Positions 46,582-56,395 of a DNA stretch of 64,000 nt are shown here, in pieces. Below the pieces are notes generated by a model. That model saw only the letters and a list, made by a program, of their open reading frames with translations, ran no database searches and was not told where the DNA came from. The translations under genes and the position numbers were made by a program. The DNA is from an uncultured delta proteobacterium (lineage in GTDB: Bacteria; Desulfobacterota; Binatia; JACPRU01), in NCBI GenBank assembly GCA_963745025.1, contig CAVUWD010000007.1:64001-128000 (forward strand), written 5' to 3'. The first letter of the stretch is position 1; each line of letters starts with the position of its first letter.

Positions 46582-46880
46582 ATGACGGCATCCGAAACCC
46601 GCGCGGACGAGGTCTGGCCCTCCCTGCCCTTCGGCGAGTGGCGCGAGACCTGCGCCACCCTGCAGCTCTACTTTCAGATCGTCGGCAAGGTGCGCCTCGC
46701 GCTCACGCCGTGGATCAACCACTCGTGGCACGCGACGCTGTACGTCACCGCGAGGGGGTTGACCACCTCGCTCGTGCCGCACGGATCGAGGTCCTTCGAG
46801 ATCGAGCTGGACCTCGTGGGCGGCGCGGTCGCGATCCGCACCGCCGACGGCGCGGAGCGGTACCTGCCGCTCGTCGCCTT
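46582..46880 (+). pseudogene. DUF5996-like protein, N-terminal fragment
   Basis: WPSLP..EW..T..TL...QIVGKVRLAL.PW.NHSWH.TLYV.ARGLTT; similarity ends abruptly at AT-rich sequence ~46880. Confidence 0.7.
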
Positions 46881-47048
46881 TGTGATAACAAAACAGCGTT
46901 CACTTGACACGAACGACCTTTGGGTCTAGGCGTTCCCTTCGACCGACAGCGCCGGGGAGGGCGCACCAGGCTAGAGTCACGGGGCCGGGTTGCAGGCGAC
47001 CTCACCGCATGGGCAGCGCCCCTCAAATCCTGCTCGGAGACCCACACC

Positions 47049-48281
47049 ATGGACCTCTCGTCCCGGGTCGTCCACGACCTGCATGACCCCGCCGTCATCG
47101 CCGATCCGTATCCGACCTACGCTCGGATGCGCCAGGAGCATCCCCTCTGGCTGAACTCCCTGTCGAACACCTGGGTCGCCACACGCTACGCCGACGTCAA
47201 GATGCTGCTCAACTCGAGCCACGCCTCGAACCACCGGATCGACCATCTGCTGGCCCGCCTTCCCCTGTCCGAGCGCGCTCGGGCGGCGCCGCTCGAACGG
47301 ATTTTCGAGCCGCGGCTCCTGTTTACCGAGGGCGAGCGGCACTCCCGCATCAAGCACCTCGTCATGCAGACCTTCGCGCCCTACCACGTGGCTCACTACG
47401 CCACCGTCGTCGCCGAGCGCCTCGGACGGTTGCTGGAGGTGCTTCCGGCCGACGAGCCGCTGGACTTCGTCGCGCGCGTCACGAACTTGCTGCCGGGGAT
47501 GGTCATCCTCTCGATCCTCGGGATCCCGGTCGACGAACAGCCACGGATGAAGGGCTGGACCGACGACGTGTACGCGTGGATGGGGCACTGGCCGGGCCCG
47601 ATTCTCGACCGCACGCAGCAGGCGCTCGCGGCCGTGGACGGGCTGGAGGAGCGGCTGGAGGAGCTGCTCGAGGCGGCGCGCCGCTCGCCGGGCCCGGACA
47701 TGCTGTCGGCGCTGGTCCACGCCCAGGACGAGGGACGGATCCTCGATACCCGCGAGCTGGTCGCTAACATTATCGGTCTGGTGAACGCTGGCCAGGAGAC
47801 GACCACCTGTCTCCTCGCCAACGGGCTGGCCCGGCTGCTGCAGCACCCGGACCAGCTGGCGCGGCTCCGCGACGACCCGGGGCTGCTGGCGCCGGGAATC
47901 GAGGAGATGCTCCGCTTCGACGCGCCGGCCCAGTTCATCGCCCGACGGCTCGAGAGTCCCCTCGATCTCCACGGCGTGCGGCTCGACACGGGTTCGGTGG
48001 TGGCGCTCGGGCTGGCCTCCGCCAACCGCGACGAGGCCGCCTTCACCGACCCGGGTCGCTTCGACGTGGCGCGATCGCCGAACCATCACCTCTCGTTCGG
48101 GCAGGGCGCGCACTTCTGCGTCGGGGCGACGCTGGCGCGCATGGAGGCCACCCAGATGTTCACGGAGCTGCTCCGCCGCTTCCGCGGGATCGAGCTCGTT
48201 GGCACGTTCGAGGAGCTCCGTTGGCGTCCGACGACCAGCTTCAGGTGTCCGATGTCGCTGCCGGTCGTCCTGCGCCGCTGA
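47049..48281 (+). CDS. Cytochrome P450
   Basis: DPYPTY, NAGQETT (I helix), EEMLRFD (ExxR), SANRDE, heme motif FGQGAHFCVG. Confidence 0.95.
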   Translation: MDLSSRVVHDLHDPAVIADPYPTYARMRQEHPLWLNSLSNTWVATRYADVKMLLNSSHASNHRIDHLLARLPLSERARAAPLERIFEPRLLFTEGERHSRIKHLVMQTFAPYHVAHYATVVAERLGRLLEVLPADEPLDFVARVTNLLPGMVILSILGIPVDEQPRMKGWTDDVYAWMGHWPGPILDRTQQALAAVDGLEERLEELLEAARRSPGPDMLSALVHAQDEGRILDTRELVANIIGLVNAGQETTTCLLANGLARLLQHPDQLARLRDDPGLLAPGIEEMLRFDAPAQFIARRLESPLDLHGVRLDTGSVVALGLASANRDEAAFTDPGRFDVARSPNHHLSFGQGAHFCVGATLARMEATQMFTELLRRFRGIELVGTFEELRWRPTTSFRCPMSLPVVLRR

Positions 48282-48334
48282 CGGCGCCTTACCCTCGCGG
48301 GTCGGCCGGCGCGCCAATCATGCGGTTCACCTCC

Positions 48335-48450
48335 AGGTCCCGGCTCTGGTCGCGGAGGACGCGCGCGATCAGGTGGTGGGCATCGAGCTGCTGCGCCTCT
48401 CGAAGCGCACCCCGGCTCGATTCCGCAAGCTGCGCATCCAGACCGCCTGA
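48335..48450 (+). pseudogene. DUF2283-like C-terminal sliver
   Basis: D.RDQVVGIELLRLSKR..IQTA*. Confidence 0.45.
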
Positions 48451-48493
48451 GCGGCGGTAGGGGTAGGCTCGCCCGGGCCAGGGGAGGGGTCGC

Positions 48494-50155
48494 GTGGAAT
48501 CACCGCAGCATCTGCTGCACCCAAGCGTTGACGCGCACTTCTTCGAGGAGCACAAGCGTCATCACGCTGAGCGTTCGACGTCGCGGTTCGCCAGGCACAA
48601 CAAGTGGCTGCCGATGGCGGCGATCGGCCCGGCGATGCTCATCAGCACGCTGGACATGACGACACTCAACGTCGCCCTGCCCGACCTCACCGACTCGATC
48701 AACGCGACTACCTCGGAGCTGCAGTGGATCGTCGATGCGTACACGATCGTGCTCGCCGGCTTCCTGGTCTTCGCGCAAGGCATCGGTGACCGCTTAGGGC
48801 GCAAGGGCACGTTCATGACGGGCCTGGCGATCTTGATGTGCGCCTCGGCTGCCGCATCGTTCACGCAGTCGCCCCCGCCCCTGATCGCCGTCCGCGCGAT
48901 GATGGGCGTGGGAGCCGCGCTCATGATGTCGCCCACACTCGCGATGATCGCCGTCATCTACAAGGCCGAGGACCGGCCCAAAGCCGTGGCCATCTGGGTC
49001 GCGCTCGGGAGCCTCGGGATATCGCTCGGGCCGATCATCGGCGGCTTCCTCGTCGACGCCTTCGGCTGGCAGGCCACCTTCCTGGTGAATGTCCCGGTGA
49101 TCACCGTCACGCTCGTGCTTTCCGCGATGTGGTTGCCGAGCTCACGCAAGCCGGGCGTGATGAAACTCGACTTCATCGGCATGTTGTTGTCGATCGTCGG
49201 GCTCAGCATTCTTCTCTTCGGACTCATCGAAGGACCAACCGCGGGCTGGATCTCCACGCAGACGCTCGGCGCGATCGGCCTCGGGCTCCTCATGACCGCC
49301 GGGTTCGTCGTTTGGGAGCTGCGCAACCCGAACCCGATGTTCGACCCGCGGGTGTTGCGCGTAGGCGGCGTCCAGGCGGGCGCCGGCACGCTGTTCGCCG
49401 ACTACATCGCGTTCTTGGGGATGCTGTTCCTCGTCCCACAGTACCTGCAATTCGTCGAGGGCTATTCGGCCGCGGTCACCGGCCTGATCATGCTGCCGTT
49501 CGGTGTGATGGTGGCATTCGGCGCGCAGCGCGCCACTAAGGTTACCCAGAAGATGGGTCGTGAGGCCATCGTCATCGGCGGCATGTGCGCGCTGGCGCTC
49601 GGCTTCGTGATCCTGTGCTTCATGGCTGCGAGCCTGTGGGTCGTGCTCCTCGGGATGCTCGTGCTCGGCGTCGGCTTCGGCTTCACGATCGGTCCCGGCA
49701 CGGCGATGGTCGTGAACTCGCTGCCGGTGTCTAAAGCGGGCGACGGCTCGTCGGTGAATATGCTGATGCGACAGGTGGGCGGGGCGTTCGGCGTCGCCCT
49801 GATCGGCTCGGTGTTCGCGAGCGTCTACACGTCGAAGGTGGTGCCCGCGCTGGCGCACCTCGATCGGACGGCGGCTGCGGACGTGGCGCGATCCGTGCAG
49901 GGCGCGCTTGAGGCGGCGAAGCTGCTCGGCAATCCGGCGGCGGAGCGGATCATCGAGGCGGCCGACGGGGCCTTCCTCTCCGGGGCGCGTGCCGGTATGT
50001 TGGTCGCGGCCGCCGTGACGCTGATTTCGGCCGGGATCACGGTTACAGCACGGCACCGCAAGCCTTACGAGATGCCCGAGGGCATCGTCGAGGCGGCCGA
50101 GGTTGCCCGTAACGGAGAAACCGATCACCCCGGAGGAGGACGAGGCCTTGCGTGA
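48494..50155 (+). CDS. MFS drug:H+ antiporter (DHA2, 14 TM)
   Basis: LDMTTLNVALP, LQWIVDAY, GDRLGRK, GPIIGG, W..FLVNVP. Confidence 0.92.
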   Translation: MESPQHLLHPSVDAHFFEEHKRHHAERSTSRFARHNKWLPMAAIGPAMLISTLDMTTLNVALPDLTDSINATTSELQWIVDAYTIVLAGFLVFAQGIGDRLGRKGTFMTGLAILMCASAAASFTQSPPPLIAVRAMMGVGAALMMSPTLAMIAVIYKAEDRPKAVAIWVALGSLGISLGPIIGGFLVDAFGWQATFLVNVPVITVTLVLSAMWLPSSRKPGVMKLDFIGMLLSIVGLSILLFGLIEGPTAGWISTQTLGAIGLGLLMTAGFVVWELRNPNPMFDPRVLRVGGVQAGAGTLFADYIAFLGMLFLVPQYLQFVEGYSAAVTGLIMLPFGVMVAFGAQRATKVTQKMGREAIVIGGMCALALGFVILCFMAASLWVVLLGMLVLGVGFGFTIGPGTAMVVNSLPVSKAGDGSSVNMLMRQVGGAFGVALIGSVFASVYTSKVVPALAHLDRTAAADVARSVQGALEAAKLLGNPAAERIIEAADGAFLSGARAGMLVAAAVTLISAGITVTARHRKPYEMPEGIVEAAEVARNGETDHPGGGRGLA

Positions 50156-50403
50156 CCTGTGACCCCGCTGGCCTTCTCGTAGCGGCACTCGCGCGCGGTG
50201 TCCATGGGGCGGCTCCATTCGGGGGCGGCCCGCCGGGGCGGGTCGCGGCGGCACCCGCTAAGCCCACGGCCCGTGTCGGCACGTCGGGGGAGGTGCGCGC
50301 GCTTCGGCGCCGGTCGCCGGCTCCGCGCGCCGGGTTTCCGCCTCGCGCGCGACGTGGTATGCGCTCTCTTCTTCCCCGAATCGACGACAGGAGGCCCCGT
50401 ACG

Positions 50404-52068
50404 ATGGCTCCAGCGCACCGCAGCTCGTCTCCCCGTCTCGTCCTCGTCGCGTTGCTCTTCCTGGGATGCGCGTCCCACCGGGGCAAGGCCGCGGACGCGA
50501 CCCCGGCGCGGCTGTTCACCGACCTCGGCAACTACACGCACCCCGTCACCACCGACGATCCGCTCGCCCAGCGCTGGTTCGACCAGGGGCTTCGCCTCGC
50601 GTACGGCTTCAATCACGCGGAGGGACAGCTGGCCTTCGAGGAGTGCACGAAGGTCGATCCGGAGTGCGCGATGTGCTGGTGGGGCATCGCCTATACGCTC
50701 GGCCTCAACTACAACCTCCCCGCCGACACCGACCGCGACCGGCAGGCGTTCGCGGCCGTCACCAGGGCGCGGGCGGCGAAGCACGCGAGCGAGGCGGAGC
50801 GCGCCTACGTCGACGCCATCGCCAAGCGCTACTCCCCCGACGCGCCCGCGGAACGCCGCGCCCTCGACGAGGCGTGGGCCGCCGCCATGCGGGACGTCGC
50901 GCGCCGCTATCCGAACGACCTCGACGCCCAGACGATCGCCGCCGAGGCGATGATGGACCTGCAGCCCTGGGACCTCTGGACCAAGGACGGCCAGCCGAAG
51001 GGCAACGCGCTCGAGATCGTGCGCATGCTCGAGGGCGTGCTCGCCCGCGACCCGTCACACCCCGGCGCGAACCACTACTACATCCACGCCGTCGAGGCGT
51101 CGTCGGCGCCCGAGCGGGCGACGGCGGCCGCCGACAAGCTGCGCGGCATGAACATCAACACGGGACACCTCGTCCACATGCCGAGCCACATCTACGTGCG
51201 GACGGGGCGCTGGGCCGACGCCACGGAGGCGAACACCAAGGCGATCGCCAGCGACGAGGCGTACATCGCCAAGTGGAAGCCGGTCGGGCCGTACCCGATG
51301 ATGTACTACTCGCACAACGTCCACTTCCGGAGCTTCTCGGCCGGCATGGAGGGCCGGCAGGCCGAGGCGCTCGACAACGCCCGCAAGGTCGCGGGCGGCA
51401 TCACGCCGGAGATGATGCACCACATGCCGATGCTCGAGGGCATCTCGGCGGCGCCGCGCTTCCAGCTGGTGCGCTTCGCGCGCTGGGACGACGTCCTCGC
51501 CGAGCCCGCCCCGGGTCCGGAGCAGCGCTATCTCACCGGCATCCACCACTGGGCGCGGGGGATCGCCTTCGTCCGGCAGCAAGAGCTGGCCGACGCGGCG
51601 TCCGAAGCGAAGCAGCTCGACAAGATCCTGGCGGCCTTCCCCGAGGGCCAGCTCGCGACCCAGGTGAACACCGGCAAGCGCCTCCTCGGGATCGCGTCGC
51701 ACCAGCTGCACGGTGAGATCGCCGCGGCGCGCGGCAACACGGACGAAGGGGTCCGGCAGCTCGAGAAGGCGGTCGAGCTCGAGGACGGCGCGACATACAT
51801 GGAGCCGCCCGACTGGTTCACGCCGGTCCGGCCGGCGCTCGGTGCCGTGCTCCTGAAGGCGGACCGTCCCGGCGAAGCCGCGAGCGTCTACCGCGAGGAC
51901 CTGGTGCGCCACCCCGAGAACGGGTGGTCGCTCGCCGGGCTCGCCACCAGCCTCGAGCGCATGGGGAACCGCACCGAGGCCAGCGCCGTGCGGGCACGTC
52001 TGGCGAAGGCCTGGGCGCGCGCGGACGTCCCGGCGCCGGGCGAGGCGGTGTCGAGCGCCGCGCGGTAG
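50404..52068 (+). CDS. Exported TPR-like helical protein (possible lipoprotein)
   Basis: LLFLGC signal; AQRWFDQGL..YGFNH.E, CAMCWWG.A..LG.NYN, HPGANHYYIH, GHLVHMPSHIY, Y.EPPDW, P.NGWSL.G. Confidence 0.8.
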   Translation: MAPAHRSSSPRLVLVALLFLGCASHRGKAADATPARLFTDLGNYTHPVTTDDPLAQRWFDQGLRLAYGFNHAEGQLAFEECTKVDPECAMCWWGIAYTLGLNYNLPADTDRDRQAFAAVTRARAAKHASEAERAYVDAIAKRYSPDAPAERRALDEAWAAAMRDVARRYPNDLDAQTIAAEAMMDLQPWDLWTKDGQPKGNALEIVRMLEGVLARDPSHPGANHYYIHAVEASSAPERATAAADKLRGMNINTGHLVHMPSHIYVRTGRWADATEANTKAIASDEAYIAKWKPVGPYPMMYYSHNVHFRSFSAGMEGRQAEALDNARKVAGGITPEMMHHMPMLEGISAAPRFQLVRFARWDDVLAEPAPGPEQRYLTGIHHWARGIAFVRQQELADAASEAKQLDKILAAFPEGQLATQVNTGKRLLGIASHQLHGEIAAARGNTDEGVRQLEKAVELEDGATYMEPPDWFTPVRPALGAVLLKADRPGEAASVYREDLVRHPENGWSLAGLATSLERMGNRTEASAVRARLAKAWARADVPAPGEAVSSAAR

Positions 52069-52288
52069 GCCGCGCAGCGGGCGGCGGGCTCACCTTCACG
52101 ATCGGAGCGAGCGGCTGGCAGGAGGGGAGGAGTGATCGGCATGAACCTCGGCTACCTCGCCGACGCCGTTCGCTTCGCGCCCTCCGAGAACCTCACGGTC
52201 GGCCTCAGCGACGAGAACTCGCGACTAGCTCCTCTACTTGCGCGAAACCACCGCAGGGACTATCGCATCCCGAAGCAGCTGTCTTTCG

Positions 52289-53660
52289 ATGCGGTGCTCA
52301 TCCTGCGGTAGCGAGAATCGGGAGGGCCGGAAATTCTGTGCCGGGTGCGGCGCAGCCCTGACTCTCGCCTGCGTCGCCTGCGGCGCCAACAATCAGCCGG
52401 GCGAGCGATTTTGCGGCGAATGTGGAAAGCCGCTGGCCGGTGCCGCGAAGCAATCGACGCAGCGCGATCCACGCTCGTACACGCCAAAACATCTCGCCGA
52501 CAAGATCCTCACGTCGCGCTCCGCCCTCGAAGACGAGCGCAAGCAGGTGACGGTGCTCTTCGCCGACGTGAAGGGTTCGATGGACCTCTCGGAGTCGATC
52601 GACCCGGAGGAATGGCACCGGATCATGGAGCGGTTTTTCACGATCCTGACCGACGGCGTTCACCGATGGGATCATGGCGCTCTTCAACCAGCTCCCCCTG
52701 TTGCCGCTCGGACCCGAGGCGGCGCTGGAGCTGCTGGAGGACCTGCTCGGCAAGGAGCCGACACTTTCGAGGCTCCGCGACGTCATTCGAGACCGAACCG
52801 CCGGCAATCCCTTCTTCATGGAGGAGGTCGTTCTGTCGCTGGCCGAGGCGAGGGCGCTGGAGGGGGCCAGAGGGCACTATCGTGTCGCGCATCCGGTCCA
52901 GGAGATCGAGATTCCGGCGACGGTCCAGGTCGTATTGGCAGCGCGAATCGACCGCCTTCCCGACCGCGACAAGACGCTGCTCCAGACCGCGTCGGTCATC
53001 GGCAAGAGCTTTGCCAAGCCGATCTTGCGAAGAGTCGCGAACTTCCCCGACGACGAGCTCGTTTTCTCGCTGGGGCGCCTCCGTCAGGCGGAGTTTCTCT
53101 ACGACGAGGCGATCTACCCGGAGGCGAGCTACGCCTTCAAGCACCCGCTGACCCAGGAAGTTGCCTACCGCTCGCAGCTCGCGGAGCGAAGAGCGGGGTC
53201 CATGCCGGGGTCGCGCGCGCGATGGAAGAGTCGGAGTTGGGAAAGATAGACGAGCGGGCGGCACTTCTCGCCTATCACTGGGAGAGCGCGGGCGACGCTC
53301 GGGAAGCCGCGAAGTGGCATTGCCGGGCAGCCGAAGGAAGCGATCGGTTTCAGCCGGCGGCTTGGCACCCGACTCTTAGAGTTCTCGGCTCAGCTCAACC
53401 GCATCCGCGCTCTTCGCGAGAGCCACGGCGTCCACGCGAAACCGGAGGTCGAGGCTGCGCTCGCTGAAGCCGAAGCCTTTCTCGAGATGTCAGGCGCGAA
53501 GAGCTACGAGACCTTCCTCCACGTCGAGCGCGCCGAGCTGGCACGGCTCACCGGCGACGAAGCCGATCGCCAGCGTGAACTCGGCGAGGCGCATCGGCTG
53601 TTCCTCGAAATCGGCGCTCCGATCCGCGCGGAGCAGGTCGCGAGGGAGCTCGAGTCATGA
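52289..53660 (+). pseudogene. Zinc-ribbon/adenylate cyclase/AAA/TPR gene collapsed by several internal deletions
   Basis: DZR, ERKQVTVLFADVKGS, then jumps to QLPL.PLG..GNPFF..ARIDRL..FKHPLTQEVAY, then to C-terminal L.EA.RLF.EIGA. Confidence 0.85.
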
Positions 53661-53880
53661 AGTACGCCCCCTGTCGGACACGACCACGCGGGGGACCCGA
53701 GCCGAGCAGCGCTCGCCGCCCCGTGGTGGGCGCGGGCCGGAGAGTGGCTGGACACCCCACCGTACGGGCCGAGCGGCGGACCTCCCACGGCCGGGCGCAC
53801 GAAGTACTGAGACGTCCTAGGTTCTTGGGGGTACGATGCTCGTTTCTCGGGCGCAGCAGCGGGTGATAGACGTTCGGTCC

Positions 53881-54198
53881 ATGAGCTGCCGACAGGCCGC
53901 CGTGCTCTCGCTCCTCGGATGGTACTTGCTCTCTCCACTGCCCCGCGCCGATCCGAAGAGCGGCGGCGCTTCGGGGCTTCTCGTCGACGCCGACCGACCG
54001 CTCCGCGAGTGGAAGATCAGGAAATCCTTTCCAACCGCCGGCGAATGCCAGGTATATCTCGGGAACTGGATCATCGAGCAGCGACTGGAAGCCGAGAGGC
54101 TGCCGAAGCCGGCTCCCTCGCAGGCATTACTCGAGTTGAATACTCGCTCCAACTCCCAGTGCATCGCGAGCGACGACCCGCGCCTCGGGCCACGATAG
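53881..54198 (+). CDS. Small secreted hypothetical protein
   Basis: LLGWYLLSP..D.DRPLREW....SF.TA.EC.....CIASDDPRL; two Cys. Confidence 0.65.
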   Translation: MSCRQAAVLSLLGWYLLSPLPRADPKSGGASGLLVDADRPLREWKIRKSFPTAGECQVYLGNWIIEQRLEAERLPKPAPSQALLELNTRSNSQCIASDDPRLGPR

Positions 54199-54330
54199 GG
54201 TGACCGAACGAGGCCAAGACCTGCTCCTCGTCCGTCGTCTCCATGGCGACAGCGGACGATGCCAACGATTCACGAATCGATGGCTTCATGGCTTGCCGAG
54301 GATCTTCGCAAGGGCGAAACTCGGCGTCCG

Positions 54331-54639
54331 GTGAAGCTCGAGGTCATCCGCTGGACGGAGCCGGTGAAGCCGCGCGAGGGGGTGCTTCGCAAGCGCCTCG
54401 AGGCCGAGGGCTTCGAGGTCTTCCGTTGGCGTGACGACGCGGGCGCCGACTATCAGCCGCACGCTCACGACCATGACGAGAGCCTCTGGGTGATCCAGGG
54501 CGAGATCACGTTCGGCATCGGCGGCGAGCGCTACACGCTGGGCGCTGGCGATCGACTGATGCTGCCGAAGGGCACGGTGCACACCGCGTACACCGGAGCC
54601 GAGAGCTGCCTCTACTTCATCGGGCAGAAGGCCGGCTAA
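54331..54639 (+). CDS. Cupin domain protein
   Basis: HAHDHDESLWV..G.I.F..LGAGD...P.GTVH. Confidence 0.85.
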   Translation: MKLEVIRWTEPVKPREGVLRKRLEAEGFEVFRWRDDAGADYQPHAHDHDESLWVIQGEITFGIGGERYTLGAGDRLMLPKGTVHTAYTGAESCLYFIGQKAG

Positions 54640-54645
54640 TCGAGG

Positions 54646-56214
54646 TCAGTATTCCGGCTCGAAGTAGCCGATCTTCATCGCTCCCTCGATCTCGACGACG
54701 ATCAACCAGACCCGCAGGTTGTAGTCGAGCGTGGAGCCGGCGTCGGGGTCAGGCGTGAAGTCGAGCATCATCCACTGCCGGAAGTTCTCGGCCGTGACCG
54801 CCTGCGGGATGTCGCGCTCCTGGACGAAGCCGCGGAGCTCCTCGAGCGTGGAATCGTTGCCGCTCGATTGAAAATCCGCCGGCGCGCTCTCGTCGAGCAG
54901 GTGCTCCTTCACGAACGCCCGGAGCTTCGCCGCCGTCATCTTCTTCTGCAGCCACGGCGCGAGCAGCGCGTGGGCCACTTTGAAGTCTGCCGCGATCACC
55001 GCCTCGGCGAAATCGTCGACGACTCTGTCAATGCGCCGCTCCGGGCTCTCGGCGGCCGCCGCGGCCGGAGCCTTTGCCGCGCGCAACGCGGCACCGCGCC
55101 TCGCCGGGGGCTCGGCGATCCGGAGCCGCATCTCCCAGACGACGGGCACTTGGCCCGCATTGACCTCGTAATTACCGGACTTGACGGCCTGCGTCGCGCT
55201 GCCGATCACGCGCAGCCGGTCGCCGTCGACGTGCAGAGCGAGCGCCGTCGACACGTTCCACGGCTCGGGAAGAAAGTCCTGCAGGTCGAGGAGCTGCTCC
55301 GCGGAGCCACCCCAAACTACGGCGCGCGTCAGCATTCCGCGGTCGAGCTTGGCCATCCAGCCGACCTGGAAGCCGCGCGCGCACGCGCAGGCGCGCGATT
55401 GCTTGTAGGCCTCGGGACCGAGGTTCACGTGGGAGCGCGCCCTCCCGGTCCACAGCGCGGCGAAGGTTCGGAACTCGTCATCGCCGGTCGAGCCCACTTG
55501 CTGTCCGTCGCCGACGCCGAGGACCTCCGACGCCAGCATCCGGGCGGGATGCAGGTCCTCGAAAGTTTCCGAGCTGCCGCGCCATAGGCAGGCGTGGACG
55601 CTTGGACCGCCGAGGCTTACGTTGCCCGCCTGAATGCCGTCGGCAACGGCGTTGGCGATCGTCTCCCGCAACGGATCGGGTCCCGTCAGCACGATCATGC
55701 TCTCGGGCGAGCCGCTCCACAGGAGCGCACGGCGCGGGTCCTTCGCGAACTTCTGGTAGCCGTAGCCGACCTGCTGGCTGCCGCCGCAGGCGAGCGCGAT
55801 GCTCTTCTGCCAACCCTGCGGGTGGAGCTCGACCGCGGCGAGCGCGCCGTCTGGCGCGAGCGTCCAAACGATCGCGCGCTCGTCCTGCTTCGGCGTGTAC
55901 CAGAATCCCACCAGCTGGTCCTCCGAGCCGCCGCGCGCGTTCACCTTCTTGATGTCCTGGAAGCCGACCAGCTCGGGGCGTCCGTTCACCCAACGATACG
56001 GCGGCGCGGCGCCCGCGGACTCGATCGACGCGATCGGATCAGCGCCGCAGAAGGTCATGCCGCTGCCGCGCTTCCGTCCCTTCGGCAGTGGCAGGAAGAC
56101 GACTTTGACGGAAGACTCGTCGATGCGCTCGAGAAGGGTCGGCACCCTTAGGAGCCTAGCGACATCATCCCTAGCCGCGCCAGCGGAAACGCGAGGCTGC
56201 GTCATCACTATCAA
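54646..56214 (-). CDS. Hypothetical protein with ~45-aa QQVG/A.LW.GS repeats (beta-propeller-like) and a C-terminal alpha/beta domain; start uncertain
   Basis: Repeats QLVG..AIVW, QQVG..ALLWSGS, IQAG..ACLWRGS, QQVG..AALWTG, FQVG..AVVWGGS; Ala-rich linker. Confidence 0.7.
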   Translation of the reverse strand: MIVMTQPRVSAGAARDDVARLLRVPTLLERIDESSVKVVFLPLPKGRKRGSGMTFCGADPIASIESAGAAPPYRWVNGRPELVGFQDIKKVNARGGSEDQLVGFWYTPKQDERAIVWTLAPDGALAAVELHPQGWQKSIALACGGSQQVGYGYQKFAKDPRRALLWSGSPESMIVLTGPDPLRETIANAVADGIQAGNVSLGGPSVHACLWRGSSETFEDLHPARMLASEVLGVGDGQQVGSTGDDEFRTFAALWTGRARSHVNLGPEAYKQSRACACARGFQVGWMAKLDRGMLTRAVVWGGSAEQLLDLQDFLPEPWNVSTALALHVDGDRLRVIGSATQAVKSGNYEVNAGQVPVVWEMRLRIAEPPARRGAALRAAKAPAAAAAESPERRIDRVVDDFAEAVIAADFKVAHALLAPWLQKKMTAAKLRAFVKEHLLDESAPADFQSSGNDSTLEELRGFVQERDIPQAVTAENFRQWMMLDFTPDPDAGSTLDYNLRVWLIVVEIEGAMKIGYFEPEY

Positions 56215-56395
56215 CGGGATTCACCTTTGTGGGTAACCATGCACACCGCGCCCGATCGTCGCCGAGGCCCTTCGTCGTCTTGTGGTCTCCCGAGGTTTCC
56301 CTGTTGCGGTCCCTTGCGCGTATCTGGCGCCCGGGTCTACGGTCCCTTACCACTTCGAGGCGCGTGCGCCGCATGCCGACGATTGTCAGCCGTAA

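Noticed and set aside
46925-47040. Possible riboswitch in the P450 leader
   Set aside because: No known aptamer consensus is recognisable by eye.
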